Shown piece after piece: positions 13,022-25,903 of a stretch of DNA of 64,000 nt. Source of the DNA: Raillietiella orientalis. Its lineage: Eukaryota. The notes under the pieces were generated by a model. It saw nothing but the letters and a program-made list of their open reading frames with translations. It was not told the origin of the DNA and did not search any database. Where the stretch lies: the NCBI GenBank assembly GCA_036172245.1, contig JAYWIR010000008.1, positions 4,898,001-4,962,000 on the forward strand, in the 5' to 3' direction. Each line of letters starts with the position of its first letter. Position 1 is the stretch's first letter. The translations under genes and the position numbers were made by a program.

Positions 13022-16000
13022 ATGATTGAAATCCAGCATAAGAAAACTCAAGAATCCTCTTTGTCACCCAATACAGAAAATAAACAGTAAGTGAACAAAG
13101 TGAAATTATTGAAGTCTTTTGTTAATATTACCTTCTCAATATAATAATTGAATGATTAAATTGTTAGAAATAGAAATACTATTTCATGTACTCCACTTTT
13201 CAGAAAGAAAGTGTATGCTCAGAGAAAATTTGCTCAAGGCTGTCTTCCATGTTTCAATAATTCTCTTGTTAAGAAATACAAAGAGAAAAAGCAAAATAAT
13301 GACTACAGTGAAGCATTATACCCAGAATCGTTTGAACCAATTCAGTCACCTCCTAAAACAGAAGACTTTCTGACATTTTTATGTTTTAGAAGTAATACTC
13401 TGCATTTTAATTGTGTTTGTAATAATTGAATGATTAAATTATTAGAAATAGAAATACTATTTCATGTACTTCACTTTTCAGAAAGAAAGTGTATGCTCAG
13501 AGAAAATTCGCTTAATTTTAATCTAGTCGATATCATCCGTAGTTTCTGTTATATATGTAAACATGTCTATTAATTCATTATGATTTATTGTTTCTGCATG
13601 TTTTGACAAGGTACTTCATTGATGTCAAAGGCATGGAAAGTGTTTGATCCTCATTCACATGCAATCAATTTTTTTGAGAAGGAAAACAATGAATTTCATA
13701 TTCCAAATACATGTATATCAAACTCCAAAAAATTTTTTAATGAAAATGTACTTCATAATAAAAAAGTAGAAGAACATAATGGTGAAGTAAATAGACGAAT
13801 TTCTAAGAAAGTGCAGGTATTTTAATCATAAATTTTGGCCATTATCTGAAAGGAAATGAAAGTGAGTCAACATGATGTTTTATTTTTCACAGGATATCAA
13901 CTTTAAGAATGAACCGTCTCCCAAAATGCAACCTTTGAAACATGTAACAAAAGTTTGTAGGATCAGTACAAATAATCAGATGAGTCTTTCTGCAGAAGGT
14001 AGTTTTCTTTCTTTCATCACATTATGGTTACTAACAAATAATTGTAAATTTTAGAGCACTCAAAAAATGAGAATTCTGTATCAGAGAATTATGTGCCAGT
14101 TCCGAAAACAAATGTCTCTAAATCATCATCATCATCATCATCAGGTTTTGATTTCCAAAATGGTGGATCTATGGTGCTTCGTAAACAAAAAAAAGAAATT
14201 AAATTACAAGCTAGGAGTAGAGTTGTAAATTATGCTAGAATGTTAAAAAGGTATTTAAATCAGACTTAACAGTGTTCATGATATTGCATGATGTTTTCAG
14301 ATTGGGTGTATCTCCTTTGAAGATGCAGTGTAAAAGCAATTTAGCTAAAAATGTTAGAACACTTCGGGAAAGAGTTATTGTCATGGATGTAAAGCAAAAA
14401 CCACATGATAGTCCTGCAAAAAAATCAAGTCAAACCCTTGTCAGTAGTTGCCCTGTTTCAAGGAATGATATACGGAGAACTCGTTCCTGTAGTTTCAATA
14501 GCAATAATGAACTTAAAAAACAAAGTAATTTGTATCATCACATGCAAACAAGAAGGAGTTTAATGCAGCAGATGCAACAAACAAAAGCAGCAAAGTCACT
14601 ACAAAAAAACTCGCCAGAAACATGCGATTCTCCTTCAATTTCGGGTCCTCGAACACGGAGTTGTGTTGTTAGACTTGATGTTTGTGATGAGAAAATGGAC
14701 TTGAGTGCGAAAAGCAGTCCTAAGCCAGCATCAACAAATGTTACCAAAAAAATTCAAGAAACCAAGCAATCACCATCAAAAATTATGACAAGAGCAAGCA
14801 GTAGAATCACAAATTTATCAGGTTTGCCATTCACCTAACAGGATTAGTTTGTATAAACTATTTCATAGGCAAATCCGTTCATGATCACCCTACATTTTCT
14901 CCCAGGACCAGAATGCAGAACAAGGTCATGTTGCAATAGTAAGTGACTATGCACTGATTTGAATCTTAATTTGCTGTAGCAATTCTCAACGACCCTCTCG
15001 TAAGACCAAAGAGGTGGCTTCCATTGTTTTGGACTTGCTTAGAGAAAAACTTGTTGCTAGTGATGATGATGATCATGATGATGATGATGATTGCAGTGTT
15101 GCAGATATACAATCATCCAAACAAGATGTGCAAATCACAAACAGAGAATCTCCAGTAGATGAAGTACCAAAAAAGAAATTAAAAAAAGAAATGCCAAAGG
15201 AAGAACCCAATACATCAAAGTCACTTAGAGTTTTGAATGATAAAACCCAGTGCAAAGAAAAAACAATTTGCGTTTCAAAATCTCCAGATCCCAAAACTAA
15301 GAGATCTGAAAACCAACAGAAAACATTAGAAGATAATAAGAAACAGCACGAGATAGTTGTAGTTAGCCCTCAGGAAAAACGAATAATATCAGAAAGTAAA
15401 ACTGCAACTATTAAGCTGCATAAACTGGACAAAGTCCCCGAACCGGAATTTTGTAAGATGCAGGGTGGAAAACAGCAGCAGGGTGGTGGCTCCTATCAAG
15501 ATAAACTAAAAGAGGTGTTAAAGAAAGTTTCTGGTACTTTACCTGTGGAACTCTCGGTTGATCCTTATACGAATGCAGACGATAGTGACTTTGGGCCAGA
15601 ATTCCGGATTCCATCTCCGGAAGTGCATAATATTGTTCCAGAAATCACAACAATTCAAGTGAAGGCGCCCTCCCAAATTAGTTTTGAAGAGGATGAATTC
15701 CCGAATATCTTACAATCTGGTTGTACTAAGATTACATTAGATGCTAGAATAGAGCCAGATATCAGTTCTGTGACTACTGATACTCTGGTTGTCTGCATGT
15801 CTGATAGACATTCTGTGTCACCCAGAAAGTCTCAGATAAAGCAAAATATGTCAAATTCTAGTTCTATGAGAAAACTGACCACAGAAGATGTTTCTGGTCT
15901 TCTTTCTGCTCATGATGCATGGCCATCAGATGTGCAGGAAAGATCTGCTGTGGAATCAGTAACTTTGGGAAACAAGGATATGAAGAGTATCAGTGCAGGA

Positions 16001-18243
16001 CAAGAAAATCAAGAATCTAAAGGAGTCCAAGTAAACTTGGAAGAGTGGGATGTAACTTCTAGAACAGAGGAGCAGATCTCTTTTGAAAGGAGATCTGGAA
16101 CTACTTCTCCTCTTACTACAGTAGGCGATTCCATGGAAGGGTAACTGCAGAAACTTTTCACTGTAGTTAAGACATATTATTTAGCTTAGGTGCCAGTAAA
16201 CTGTTGGAAGCTCCTACTTATTATCCATCAGAAGCCGAATTTCAGGAGCCTATGGATTATTTAGCAAACATTCTGTTTACAGCACAACCATTTGGTCTCT
16301 GCCGCATTGTTCCTCCTGCATCATTCAAAGTAAGTCGATGAACTCAATCAGTCAATGTTTCCTTCTGATCTTTAGCCTGAATGCCACCTGGATGATGAGA
16401 TGCGCTTCACAGCATACAATCATTATATTCATAAAATGTTCCATCGCTGGGGTCCTACTACCCAGCAGATGGCAGCTATTCAACATGTATTGCATTCACA
16501 AAATATTCAATTGCATGAAAATCCTTGGGTGAGTGTCATATGTTTGGATGTTGTGGTATTGTTATTTTAGCTAGGGAGTGTGCAGATCGACTTGAGTAAG
16601 CTTTATGAGAGTGTACAAGTACTGGGCGGACTGCAGGTTGTCATCGACAAAAACAAATGGCAACGCGTGGCTGAACTTCTTCGCATGCCACGAAGCACAC
16701 AGGATGTTGCCACAAAATTGTACAACTTGTACTGCAAGTATCTGCTTCCATATGATACATTGTCAGATGGTAGGTACCATTGATATTGTATGTTACCTGC
16801 ATCTCTTATGAGGAGAGAGAGAGGAACTGTTTCGAACAGTTGAAGAGAACTATCAGAAGAAAAAAGATAAAAAAGACGTAAATGATGAAGACAGATATGA
16901 TTGGGATGAGTGTGTAACAAAGGTGAGATCCTGCGGACTTTCTTGGAAAATACAGGGTGCTTGTAGAGTCGTACCGTCTCATTAAGTCAGTTCTTTCGTA
17001 TGGCTCGTAACAATCAGCTCATGTGGTTTCCCAATACTCCTACTTGTGAAGAAGTTGAAAAACTCTATTGGGATGTTGTGGAGAAGAGAGATCAGTACAT
17101 TTGTGTGCAAGGAGGAAGCATTGATTCTGGTGTGTGGGGCTATGGCTTTCCAACAAATCGTAATCGACCCATATCGAAACATCCTTGGAATTTGAAAAGT
17201 CTTAGCAATAATGCTGCTTCCGTATTGCGAAGCATGGGTCCTCTTGTGGGTGAGTGAATCACTAGGTTTGCTTTTCACTAGGTGACAATCCTACATGATT
17301 CCCAGGTGTCACCATGCCCACTGTTCACATAAGCATGCTGTTTTCCACATTTTGCTGGTATCGAGATCCACATGGACTTCCATGGATTGAATATTTACAT
17401 ACAGGAGCCAACAAAGTGTGGTATGGTGTTCCTGAATCCAGTGCTGCTGCCTTCCGTGAAGCAATGAATCATCTGGTTCCGGAATATTGTCATCAGAGTC
17501 CAATATGGCTTTCTTCGGATACCACAGTTGTGCCCCCAGTGCTTCTTTTAAAGCATGGTGTTACATTAAGTCGAATAGAACAAGAACCGGGTCAATTTAT
17601 CGTTGTATTGCCACAAAGCTTTATCTGTTCCATTGCAACAGGGTACTTGATATCAGAAAGTGTTTACTTTGCAGGTTGCAGTTGGTTGCAAATTGCAGCA
17701 CAAGCTTTTCAAATCATGCAAAGAAGTAGTGAGCCCAGTGGTTTTTCTCTTGAACAAATGATTTTTTGTTTAGTGCAAGATCATCGAGTGCAGCTTTCCA
17801 TATTAAAACTTGCCCTCCCCCTGCTCAAAGATCTTGTTTATGAGGAACTAGACTTACGCCAACAGTTGAGAGAAGTTGGTTTGACATCTTTCAGAAAGCT
17901 TCTTAAAAAAGAAGAAACTAAAAAAAGTAATCAAAATTCTAAAAGCATTTCCACTGATGAGAAAGAATGTGATACATGTCGTAAAAATCTTTATGTATCA
18001 TTTGTAATCATTGCAGATGTTGAAGAAAAAGAAACTTCAAAGAAAAAAGAAACTGAAGAAAGTCTATTCTGTTTATATCATGCCTTACAGTATCTTAAGG
18101 CAAATCCCAGTGCTTTAAAATACTGTGTTTTAACTTTATATTTTCATGAAGTAGAAATAAATCAAATATTATCTAAAACAATGAATAGGATAAAGGATTT
18201 AGAAATCAAAAAAGGAGTTTCAAAAAGGCCAGCCAAAAAATAA
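13022..18243 (+). CDS. JARID2: Protein Jumonji / JARID2 (PRC2 cofactor), multi-exon; start codon tentative
   Basis: N-terminal YAQRKFAQ and PKTEDFLTFLCFR motifs; JmjN (APTYYPSEAEFQEPM), ARID (IDLSKLYESVQVLGG..YCKYLLPYD), inactive JmjC (CWYRDPHG), C-terminal Zn finger (CDTC..CLYH). Confidence 0.93.
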
Positions 18244-18315
18244 TTTTATATTTTCATAATCTAGTCTTTATATGCAAGAAATTTTATATTTTTATATGGT
18301 ATCTTGTAAAAAATG

Positions 18316-18321
18316 AATAAA
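18316..18321 (+). promoter_or_regulatory. Polyadenylation signal of JARID2
   Basis: AATAAA about 70 nt after the TAA stop in an AT-rich 3' UTR. Confidence 0.6.
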
Positions 18322-21300
18322 CGAAGCTAAGTGAAAGTTCATTCCAGACTTCATTAGTTTTTAATTGCAGTATGAGTCCGTCTGAAGAACTGTAAATTGA
18401 ACAACAAAGCCTAAAACAGAGTTCTGCATTATTTAAATGAATTTGATTTCAGTATTCAGAACTTGCGATGTTATTCATGATACTTCAAAGTTGCATCAAG
18501 GAATGTTTTGATACAATAACACGCGTTTGGTGCGATGTGTTGAAATTTTGTTGACCTCTAACGAATCCACTTTATGGTCTCACCCAGCCTCGAATCGAAA
18601 CAATTCCCAACCGTGCAGTGTTTTCTTATTCAGCTGGATGTTTGTGAAGAAGCTTTAAATCACCAGAACATTTCATGCTTTTTTGTTTTCGTGTTCGATA
18701 TGAAAACCAGCAACAGTAGACTAAGCTAATTGAAGACATCCACGGAATAACGCAGACAAGCAATAAAAGGCAATGCAAAAGTTATTCGGTTTAAAAGTTT
18801 ACGTAAACCAGAAAATGTCCACTGTTTTTTGGGGGAGGTTCTGTGGAACTCGTCAGCAAAATGCATGTTGAAAGGTAGTGATAGGTAAACGTCTACTTAC
18901 ATGATTATGAAGAATTGGCCAAGACTTACAGAAACAAGCACTGGATATACTAGTTGAGATCCAAAACGTTTTTAAAGTCTTCAAACAGTATCTACATTTT
19001 GATAAAGTCTTACTGTTTTATATGCAATTCCGATTTATCGAAAGTGACGTTTCCTATCAAACAACTACGTACAATATTCCTGCAACACATACACTACAGG
19101 AACAACAAAGCAGTTGCGTGTACATCATTTCCTTCGCACCGTTGGTTTCAAACGATTCTTGGAAAATATGCTTTCTCATCTTTCCTTTTCTATTATCTTC
19201 CTTGATGAAAGTACAGTATCTGTGACTACGTGGCTCATATGAAAACTGAAAAAAACAATCCTTCTCAAGCAATGACGTCCACCAACATATACCAGATTAC
19301 TGAAAGAAGAGTCGATATGCATGCCTCATTCTAGAGAGAGAGCGAATCCCTTCAGGGGAGCCAACTTCTTTCCGTTGGCCAAAGCCATGGATGCACAAAT
19401 GATTTTTATTCGACGTTTATGGCCAAGAACCTTCGAGCACTTCACCATACTTGCAGTGGAAACGATGAGGCAGCAAACGAAGCATGTATTTTGTGGATGA
19501 CATGAATATTTCGTGGAATATGCGGAAATCGTTAGTAACACCAGCAAAAATGTTGAAAATTTTAAACACTTTTTCCAATACTTCTTTCTGATCTCCGAAC
19601 CACGATTCTGTTTTGTCTCTCCGTATTCCTGCCAAAGTCCCCTTCAGACCTGATGATGACTTTATATGCAAAAATTGCCTGCACAGGTAACATTAGGTAT
19701 ATGAAGCAGTAGTGATAAATGATGTAGATGACAGCTAATAATCAGAAGAAAAGCGAATTGAGGAATGATTTAATGCAAAAGAATAAACTAACTTAAAGAA
19801 TGATTATAAAGGAGAAGCTATACCACAAGAATTTCGTGATAATCACACTCTATCAAAGATCCTCACCACAATGGAGCACAACTTGAATTATTATTACTTT
19901 TATTGTTAATTATTGTAATGGAGCCACACACAGCGATTTAAAGATGAATCGTTGAAGCATATTATGGAAAGCAAGTAAGAGTTGAGGTTAGTTTAGACAA
20001 AAGTGAAAGACTCGGACGAATTAAATATCCGTGTTGATGAATAGCAAATTGTTAGTAATTGAAAACTTCCTCAAAGATATTTCGACGTGCTTTTAGTCTA
20101 GGAATGAATTTTTATACTTGAATTACTTTATTCATCATGGTTGAGCATCTTCAAAATTAGATTTGGGAATTTCTGTGGAAAACGCCAAGATGATTCAATG
20201 AGACTAATAAATCTTGCAATCTTTTATCCTTAATTTTCAAGCAAAAATCTTATCTTTAATCAAGAGCATCAGAGATCGGGGTTGCAATGTATGTACTTTG
20301 TACTACTTTTGTGTGGGGGGGGGAGAAAAATGACGTCTATGCTATGATGGGCACAACACATTTCCTTATCATCTCGCCAGTTGCTTGTGGTTGCTGGAGC
20401 TGCTTCCTCTCTTCTACACTTCCCTTCAACTTCCAAACATTGATTTGCTTTTTCCTCTTGTTTAACTAAACTCTGCAATCGTAGTTTAATTTAGCAATCT
20501 CATATGTAGTCACATCAGGCTAGGTTGTAGCATAAGACTCCAAGAATAGTCTACAAACAAAAACATTTTGAAATATAAGTTCCATAAGCAACACCAGTAA
20601 ATGTACTATTTGTTACTGTCATTATATGAGTAATGCTGTTGCAGCTGCTCTTATTGATGAAACATCGCATGCAAATGAACTGGTAACCACTTGATATGCC
20701 TAATCAGATTAAGACTTTGCAACGAAGCTTTAATCAGAACCGTCACTAGCAAATCAAGTCTCATACCGAGAGCAAGTTTGTCCAGTCGAAGTTTTGAAGC
20801 GCTAAAGATGGCTGGCTCCAAATGTGATCGTTTTATGGATACTTGTGCATACCTTCATCATGGCAGTTTGTCGAAAATCAGAATCAAAACCACCCAGTTT
20901 CCCCCAGTCCGACTTGCGATGGGGTGAATTTATTTCCTCCTTTCACTTTCACAAGCCTTTGTCAGTGTCATTAATTTTCACTGTTTCTCACTATCTGAAT
21001 TACTCTTCGGGCAACTAGTCACTGAATTCGTCTGGGGATTCTACTCACTTGGCTAGGTTCCTGAATCCTTTGCAGGATATAACAGGAAGTCCAAGTAGAG
21101 ATACGTCCACAGCTCCTGATCCTTTTTCGATAGTCATTTCAGGATATCCATAGCCGGCGTACTGTTCCTTCCAGTCCGCATTTTCGTCCTTATCACGATG
21201 AAAGTTCCGTCGCCCTCTTTATCGCGATGGAGATGGAAGTGAGACCCATCGGGTTGTATCGGGAAAAGTTGCCGTTCCCTTCAAACATCCCTGCCAGGAT

Positions 21301-22265
21301 GTCCACCTTCTTCATCGTCTGTAGACCTGTCGCCTCCTTTAGCTTTCAAAACCACCCAGTCTATAGAAAACAAAATCCAAGACGACAGAATAATTAGGGT
21401 TTGGAAAATTTCAGTTGAAGATACGCTGAGTGCATTTGAAGGATGTGGCTCTGCGGTCTCAGTGCTTTAAAAGAAAAGTATTTGAACTTCCGTGAACATG
21501 AAGTGAGAATGCAATGTGCAGCCTGAAACGAACGAAAATGACGGAATCATTGGAAAGTGCGATTGTGTAGTCATTATTTTGGATGGAGACGCACATAGGG
21601 CAACAAGCAGTCGTAAAGAGTGACAAAATACTTAGCTCAGGCTGCAAGAACAAATATGATGAACACTCGTATCTCGGAGAGAACTATTAGGAAACATCTG
21701 AAATTGAAATCGTGGATCATGTTTTTGCTGAAAATGAAAGGCTTTGTGATTCTAGAACCTTAGTTCCAGAATCACACGGATGGGAAAATTGTAGCAATTC
21801 GATTTTCACATGAAGCCACTTCTTAGGTAGGATGTTCAGCTGTTCCGATTATACTTTCATTTTGAAGGCAAGTATGAATTATTTCCTGCTAGCAGTTGCG
21901 AAATAAAACACTGTCTTGTAAAATGCTTTTCCTTTAACTTGGTAGCTAAAGTTCACAAATTAAACTACTATTACTAATAAAATCATAAAATTCTTTACAG
22001 TTGTTAATCCACATGCATTCAGTTTCGTGCAATTCTGTAAGAATCAGAGATGAAAGTTTTCACCCGGTCACGCCGGGGCGTTTATTTATAAACACTTTAC
22101 ATTTGCGGTACTAGGCCCCGCTACGGCCAAAAGTTCATGGGACCTGCCAGGAAGCCGGTCCTGAGGCCAGCTTGTCCTCCTCGGCAGCGGAGGGGATAGG
22201 GGGTAAAACAAAAAGAAAAATAAATGAAATAACAAAAAGAAACTATTTGGAGGGCCGGGAAGGGA

Positions 22266-25200
22266 TCACAGCCCGCTGGAGGAGGGGACCATCCTTTCCA
22301 GGATGCCCTCGAGGTCCCTCGTCATAGCTCCCAGATGGGACCAGCCGATCGCGATTCGCAGGTAGCGACCCGCGTGTACGATGGGGTATCTGTCGCTGCT
22401 TCCTCTGTTGGCTGCGCTCCATGCAGCCACAATCCCTCGGAGGCAGCAGAGCGCTGCCAGGGTTGAGGCTGGTGGCAGGGCGTCTCGCAGGAAGAGGAGT
22501 CTCACAACGTCTCTGGGGGTACTGCCGACCGGCATAGGGAGGGTCGTAGCATAACGTTCCCACAAGGGCCGGAGGGCAGCACAGTCCACTAATAGATGGG
22601 GGAGGGATTCCTTCTTCCCGCACACTGCACAGTTCTGTCCCACGTTCCCCAACGTCCAGTGGTGGCGGCGCGCGTTGCAGGGAAGACCCCAGTGCAACAA
22701 CAACAGCGCCGTTTCCTGCCACTTGAGGGGGAGGGTGGAAAAGTCTTTGAACAACGGGGGCCACTCTAGGTCATCCGCCGGGATGCCAAGCAGCTCGCCC
22801 CATCTCCGTATTCCATGCGGGTGAACGCTTGGGGTTGCGGAGTCTGCCAGTTCCCTCATTGTCCACCCGCTTAGATCCTTCTCCTTGCCCGCTATCCGGC
22901 AGGAGACTTGCCATCTCGGCTTCCGGCTGTTTTGAAGCGCCCTTCGTAGGAAGGGCAGCGCCGTGGCCAGTGGGGTCGTCTCCGCCCAAGTGCTTCTGGC
23001 GGGACACACGATCATGTTCCGCAGCGTGCAGCAGGTGTAGATGCCGGTGCGCAGGCGGTTGCAGTATTCTCCACTGATGTCTTTTAACTTTGCCCACGTT
23101 CCAACTGTTTCTTCCAGCCATGCGCTGGAGTTGGCGGGGCTGCAGGCCATCCACCCGTTCTCCTTTGCCAGGGTGGCCATGCGTCCCAGGAGAAGTCCGC
23201 ATCTTCTTATTTTCCGGCCGGGGCACAGAAGAAAAGACGCGAGTCCTTCAGTCCCGGACACACGTCTGGCGAGAAGGCGGGCTGGAACGCACCAAGGGGT
23301 GTTCCACATTTTCGCTGCGATGGCTAGAGTGCGCCACCGCAGCTGTGTTTCCATTCGCTCCATCGTCAGGACGCTAAGACCTCCGTCCCGACGTGGAGCG
23401 CACAAATCCTTTAAAGGCACACGAGGCCTCCCGCCACCCCACAGGGCGATGCGTAGGAGGTCCTTTGTTCTTTTTTTCAGTTCACAGGGTACGGGGCAAA
23501 CAAAAAGCAGAGGGCGAAGGAGGGGGGCCGCGAACGCGTTCCACACTGCGGCCCGTTCCGGCAAGTGAAGCTTGCCTTCCAGGAACGGGCCGATCGCTGA
23601 CTCCACTTTTTGGAGACGACCTGATCAGGCTTCTGACTGGCAGAAGTCCCCCAACGGAACGCCGAGGTACTTCAAGTACCTCTCCGTGGGGATCCCCAAG
23701 CGGATCCAGTCAGGCCGTCCGACCCACGTCGCACCAACCGCTACCACCGATGACTTCGCCTTATTTACCCGTAGTCCAGTCCCGCGGCTTAGCAGATCGA
23801 AGAAATCCTCGACTGCGGCTGCCGAGGCGGACATGGGCAAAAGGAGCAGAAGATCATCGGCGTAAGCCGCTACGGCCGGCGTACCTGGACACGAGCTTGG
23901 CAGGGCAGCCAATGTCACCCTGTATGCTCTCAGCACCAGTTCGAAATAGGTGCTAAAGAGCAGGGGACTCAGGCTGTCGCCCTGCCGGATGCCGCGCCTC
24001 ACCGGCACGCCGAACACGTGCTGTCCTCTGAAAAACAAGTTGATGATCGCATTGCGCCAGCAGGCGCGCAGGTAGACCGTTAAGGTGTCCGGGAAGCCCA
24101 TGCGATCCAGGAGCTCCAGAAGGAGTTCCTGGTCCACGCAATCGAACGCTTTGTGCAGATCGACTGCGATCGCTAGAGCCCCCTTCCCTTCCCGGTCGTC
24201 CCTTACTTGCTGCGCTGGCGCTCCCAAATCAGTTTTGTCGACATTCCGTTGTTTTTCCAAATTTTTCTCACGTTGCACATGGAACCATGTGCTGGCGAAG
24301 AACAGGTTCGCTTCCATGCTTCGCCCGGGAACAGCGTACGTCTGTTCCGGGCTGACGAAGCTGTCAGCTACCTGCCCCAGTCGCGCAGCCCACAGTCCAG
24401 CCAGCAGCTTGGCGTCCGTGTTCACAATCGTGATCGGACGCCAGTTGCATAATTTTCTGAGGTCTCCTCCCTTAGGAAGGAGCCTCACCCTGGCTGACCG
24501 AAACGAGGCGGGAACATCGCCTTCGTTTCGGATCAGCCGTGTCAATTGGAGCACCAGGGGGGTCAGCTCTGCCGCGAAGCTCTGAAAGAACTCCGCCGGC
24601 AGGCCGTCCTCCCCTGGCGCCTTACGCCTCTTGAGCCTTTTAATAGCGGTGATGATTTCACCGGTCGTAAAAGGCTCGTCGAGGCTTTCTTTCTCCTCCT
24701 CCCCTATGGCCGGGGCTCCATCTGGGAGCGCAGCGAGACGTCCCACTCCGCAGGTACCCTGGCGTAAAGGGAGGAGTAAAATCCACGCACGAGGCGACGT
24801 ATCGATGCCGGGTCTGAGTATTCCTGGTCCAGGTCGTCCAGCACGCTGGGCGGCCCGGATTGCCAGGCTTGACGCTCGGCCCCGGCTTTGTACTCGGCCA
24901 AGCGACGGATGTCAGGGGTCCTCGAGAAACGACAGGCGTGCAAATACGCTCTTTCGTTGCGGGCCCCCTCACCAAATCCCCGGGGCAGGCGGTGCACAGG
25001 GAACTCCTCGCAGAACTCGCGGACCGAGGCCTTCATGCGGTCCCAGTCTTGGAGATTCCGGAGGATGACGCCTCCCAGTACTTGGCGGAGATGTTCCGCC
25101 GCACCTGAGATGCGCGTCCAGTCCCCGGGCAGACGCCACGCCCTGGATGGTGGTCCTTTGTCGCGAGGCATAACCTCGAATATCAACCGGAAATGGTCCG

Positions 25201-25903
25201 AGAGCGTCGACGGAAGTTTCCCTCGTCTGCCGACCCGTGGGCACAGGTCGGCGTCAAGGAAGACGTGGTCTACGCTTTGAACCATTTCCGGTAGGTCCCC
25301 CAACAAGTTGCGCGTGCGCATAGCAGCGCACAGCTCGTTGGCTGCGTCTTTTTGCCAGCAAGGCACACCTGAGAGCAGGCGGATGTTGAAATCCCCACCG
25401 ATCAGATGCACTTTGCGTACGTTTGTATCCGCCAGCCAGTCGCGCTTCAGGGTTTCGAGGAACCGGGAACGTTCCCCGTACCCGCATCCTCCGCTCGGAG
25501 CGTACACATTGGTCACGACAAGGTCGATCGAGTCGGACCACCTAAGGATGAGCTGGCCAACCCGACTGTCGTTGTCGAAGCGTACGTCCTTGACGAAGGC
25601 GGTGACTGCTGGCTTCATAAAAAAGGGAACGCCACAGGTGTTGCGAGCGCCGCATTGCCAAAACAGACGACCCCCTGCGATCCTCTCGATCTCCTGGGCG
25701 TTCTCCGCGGTGATCACGTGGATCTCCTGCAGGAGCGCCAGGTCGAAGTCGCGCAGGGTGTCGGCCGTATCCCGCCTGTTGCCGTCGTCGCGCAGCCCGT
25801 TGACGTTCCAGCAGGCTATGCGGATCCTACGGCGACAGGCGAGCCCAGGTGTTAATCCTGGGAAAGTGGCAATGGGGCTCCCGCCACCTTGTCGGGCGGG
25901 ACG
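22266..25903 (-). pseudogene. LINE ORF2 (APE endonuclease-RT-C-terminal Zn motif), disrupted by one frameshift (~24750) and one in-frame TGA (23625-23627)
   Basis: EN: IACWNVNGL, LLQEIH, VYAP, GGDFN, SDH; RT: KAPGEDG, NWRPIT, DLHKAFD, GIRQGDSLSP, YADD, KYLG; C-terminus CAVCGKKESLPHLLVDC. Confidence 0.92.

Noticed and set aside
17314..17420. JmjC domain lacking Fe-binding residues (WYRD)
   Set aside because: Normal, well-known feature of JARID2
19300..21850. Coding-looking stretches on both strands
   Set aside because: Many stops and no recognisable family; probably decayed gene or TE debris
22170..22200. TCCTCCTCGGC in the antisense LINE UTR resembling HDV loop L3
   Set aside because: No P3/P1 pairing in the required register; better explained by the sense-strand stem
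23625..23627. In-frame TGA in ORF2 as selenocysteine or programmed readthrough
   Set aside because: Falls at a position normally Trp (TGG>TGA), no SECIS seen, and the copy also has a frameshift
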